28,147 nucleotides of DNA from an uncultured Elusimicrobiales bacterium (lineage in GTDB: Bacteria > Elusimicrobiota > Endomicrobiia > Endomicrobiales > CAZSIW01), in assembly GCA_964606755.1 (NCBI GenBank), contig CAZSIW010000001.1, positions 1-28,147 on the forward strand, written 5' to 3'. Made by a program: the position numbers and the translations under genes. This document shows positions 26,526 to 28,147 of this stretch, piece by piece (position 1 is the first letter of the stretch; every line of letters begins with the position of its first letter). Under the pieces are notes generated by a model, which saw only the letters and a program-made list of their open reading frames with translations, had not been told where the DNA came from and did not search any database.

Positions 26526-28042
26526 ATTTTGTACCCCACTTTTTTTAGGTTTTTCTTTATTTGCTCATCCAGCATTGATGCTTTGCTCATCTGTTCTTTT
26601 AATTCTTTGGTCAGATGTTTCATTTTTTTATCAAAAGATTCATCATCTTCTTCCGTATCTTTAAGTTCAATATATCTTCCAGGAGTGAGAATATGGTTAT
26701 TTTTTCTTATTTCTTCTATACCTGCAGATTTACAAAAACCAGGAACATCTTTATACTTTTTCTTCCATTCTTTGCCTTTCCAATTATGGTATGTTGCTGA
26801 AATCTTTGCGATATCGGCATCTGTTAACTCTTTCTGACTGCGGCTTATCATTGTGCCCATTTCGCGGGCATCGATAAAGAGTATTTCATTGCTGCGGTTA
26901 CGAAATTTACTATTAGTTTTATTTCGCGCCAAAAACCACAGACAGGCAGGAATCTGAACATTATAAAATAATTGCGCCGGCAATGATACCATGCAATCAA
27001 CCAAATCATTTTCTATCATTTTTTGCCTGATCAACCCTTCGGAAGACGTGTCACTGCTCATACTGCCGTTTGACAACACTATTCCCGCGCTGCCATATGA
27101 AGAAAGTTTGCTTGCAAAATGTTGAAGCCAGGCGTAGTTTGCGTTACCGGGTGGGGGAATGCCATATTTCCATTTATGTGTTTCAGAAGGATTAATTGTA
27201 TATTCACTCACGTTAAAAGGAGGATTCGCCATAATATAATCCACTTTCAAGTCAGGGAATTTGTCATCTTTAAGAGTATCTCCAAGCTCAATTTTAGCTT
27301 CAATACCGCGAATTGCCAGATTCATCTTTACCAGTCTGTAAGTTGTAGGGTTACTTTCCTGGCCGTATATAGATATTTTACCTTTACGGTGTTCATGCAT
27401 TTCAATAAATCGTTCGCTTTGAACAAACATTCCTCCGCTTCCGCAGCAGCCGTCATAAACTCTTTTCTCGGACTCAGGCGCAAGCATTTCAACCAGTAAT
27501 TTAACTATACATGAAGGAGTATAAAACTGCCCGCCCCTTTTACCTTCAGCGTTGGCAAACTGGCCGAGAAAATATTCAAATACAAAACCAAGCAAATCTT
27601 TGCCTTTTTCCTTCCCTTCGCCGGTTAGAGTAATAGAACCGATTAAATCGATAAGCTCCCCGAGTTTTTGCTTATCTAAAGCCGGTCTTGCGTAATCTTT
27701 TGTTAGTACACCTTTAAGTGAAGGGTTATCTTTTTCAATCGCCTCCATTGCATCGTCAATGTCTCTTCCTATAGTGGGAAGCTTTGCTCGTCCCTGAAGC
27801 CACTTCCACCGGGCCTGGGGAGGGACATAAAATACGTGATCTGCACTGTATTCGTCTTTGTCTTCAGTGTCAGCGCCGGGGGTAGCCTTGATTTTCAAAT
27901 AATGTTCTTCAAAAGCATCCGAAATATACTTTAAAAAAATAAGCCCGAGAACCACATGACTGTATTCAGACGGGTTCATATGAGAGCGAAGTTTATCCGC
28001 TGTTAGCCATAATTTTTTTTCAAGCTCATAATTCTCAGTCAT
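26522..28042 (-). CDS. hsdM: type I DNA methyltransferase subunit M (N6-adenine type)
   Basis: LW..AD.LR, GGQFYTP, motif I YDGCCGSGGMF, motif IV ANPPFN. Start 28042 preferred (SD GGAGA); ATG 28057 lies only 2 nt after the predicted -10. Confidence 0.96.
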   Translation of the reverse strand: MTENYELEKKLWLTADKLRSHMNPSEYSHVVLGLIFLKYISDAFEEHYLKIKATPGADTEDKDEYSADHVFYVPPQARWKWLQGRAKLPTIGRDIDDAMEAIEKDNPSLKGVLTKDYARPALDKQKLGELIDLIGSITLTGEGKEKGKDLLGFVFEYFLGQFANAEGKRGGQFYTPSCIVKLLVEMLAPESEKRVYDGCCGSGGMFVQSERFIEMHEHRKGKISIYGQESNPTTYRLVKMNLAIRGIEAKIELGDTLKDDKFPDLKVDYIMANPPFNVSEYTINPSETHKWKYGIPPPGNANYAWLQHFASKLSSYGSAGIVLSNGSMSSDTSSEGLIRQKMIENDLVDCMVSLPAQLFYNVQIPACLWFLARNKTNSKFRNRSNEILFIDAREMGTMISRSQKELTDADIAKISATYHNWKGKEWKKKYKDVPGFCKSAGIEEIRKNNHILTPGRYIELKDTEEDDESFDKKMKHLTKELKEQMSKASMLDEQIKKNLKKVGYKI

Positions 28043-28059
28043 TTTTTCTCCATTCATTT

Positions 28060-28068
28060 ATTATATCA
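28060..28068 (-). promoter_or_regulatory. extended -10 promoter for the RM operon
   Basis: TG-A-TATAAT; the -35 is weak. Confidence 0.5.
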
Positions 28069-28147
28069 ATTTCTACTATCTTAATAATTTTTCACTTGCT
28101 TATAAAGCTTCTTGTCTGATTTTTTACTTAAAACCCTATTTTCTTAC

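Noticed and set aside
27430-27470. HsdM motif I reading DGCCGSGG instead of DPxCGSGG
   Set aside because: Within ordinary variation for type I methyltransferases; motif IV NPPF is intact.

Overview
Bacterial chromosomal window. An Omp85-family gene implies a diderm host; the taxon cannot be fixed from sequence alone. Nearly all genes are on the minus strand. Left part (1-17.3 kb) is mostly housekeeping: tRNA-Ser(GCT), HdeD-like protein, RNase R, SRPBCC protein, an atypical short Rho, Omp85/BamA-type barrel, orphan ABC ATPase, 7TM-PAS histidine kinase, VF530 protein, DEAD-box helicase and prfC, interspersed with REP-like palindromes and many near-consensus sigma70 promoters. It also holds an HTH-nucleotidyltransferase/small-protein pair. 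Right part (17.3-28.1 kb, upstream of prfC) is an accessory/defence region: an AAA+/DUF4143 ATPase bracketed by a 53/55-bp direct repeat, DUF1801, an orphan ParB, a free HEPN-MNT pair, a YHS protein and an AT-rich type I restriction-modification operon. The most notable feature is that operon's architecture, hsdM - HEPN - [MNT::HsdS fusion] - hsdR, with every junction a 4-nt (A/G)TGA overlap: an apparent HEPN toxin is embedded in the RM operon and its predicted antitoxin is fused to the specificity subunit. All family assignments come from motif recognition by eye, not database searches.
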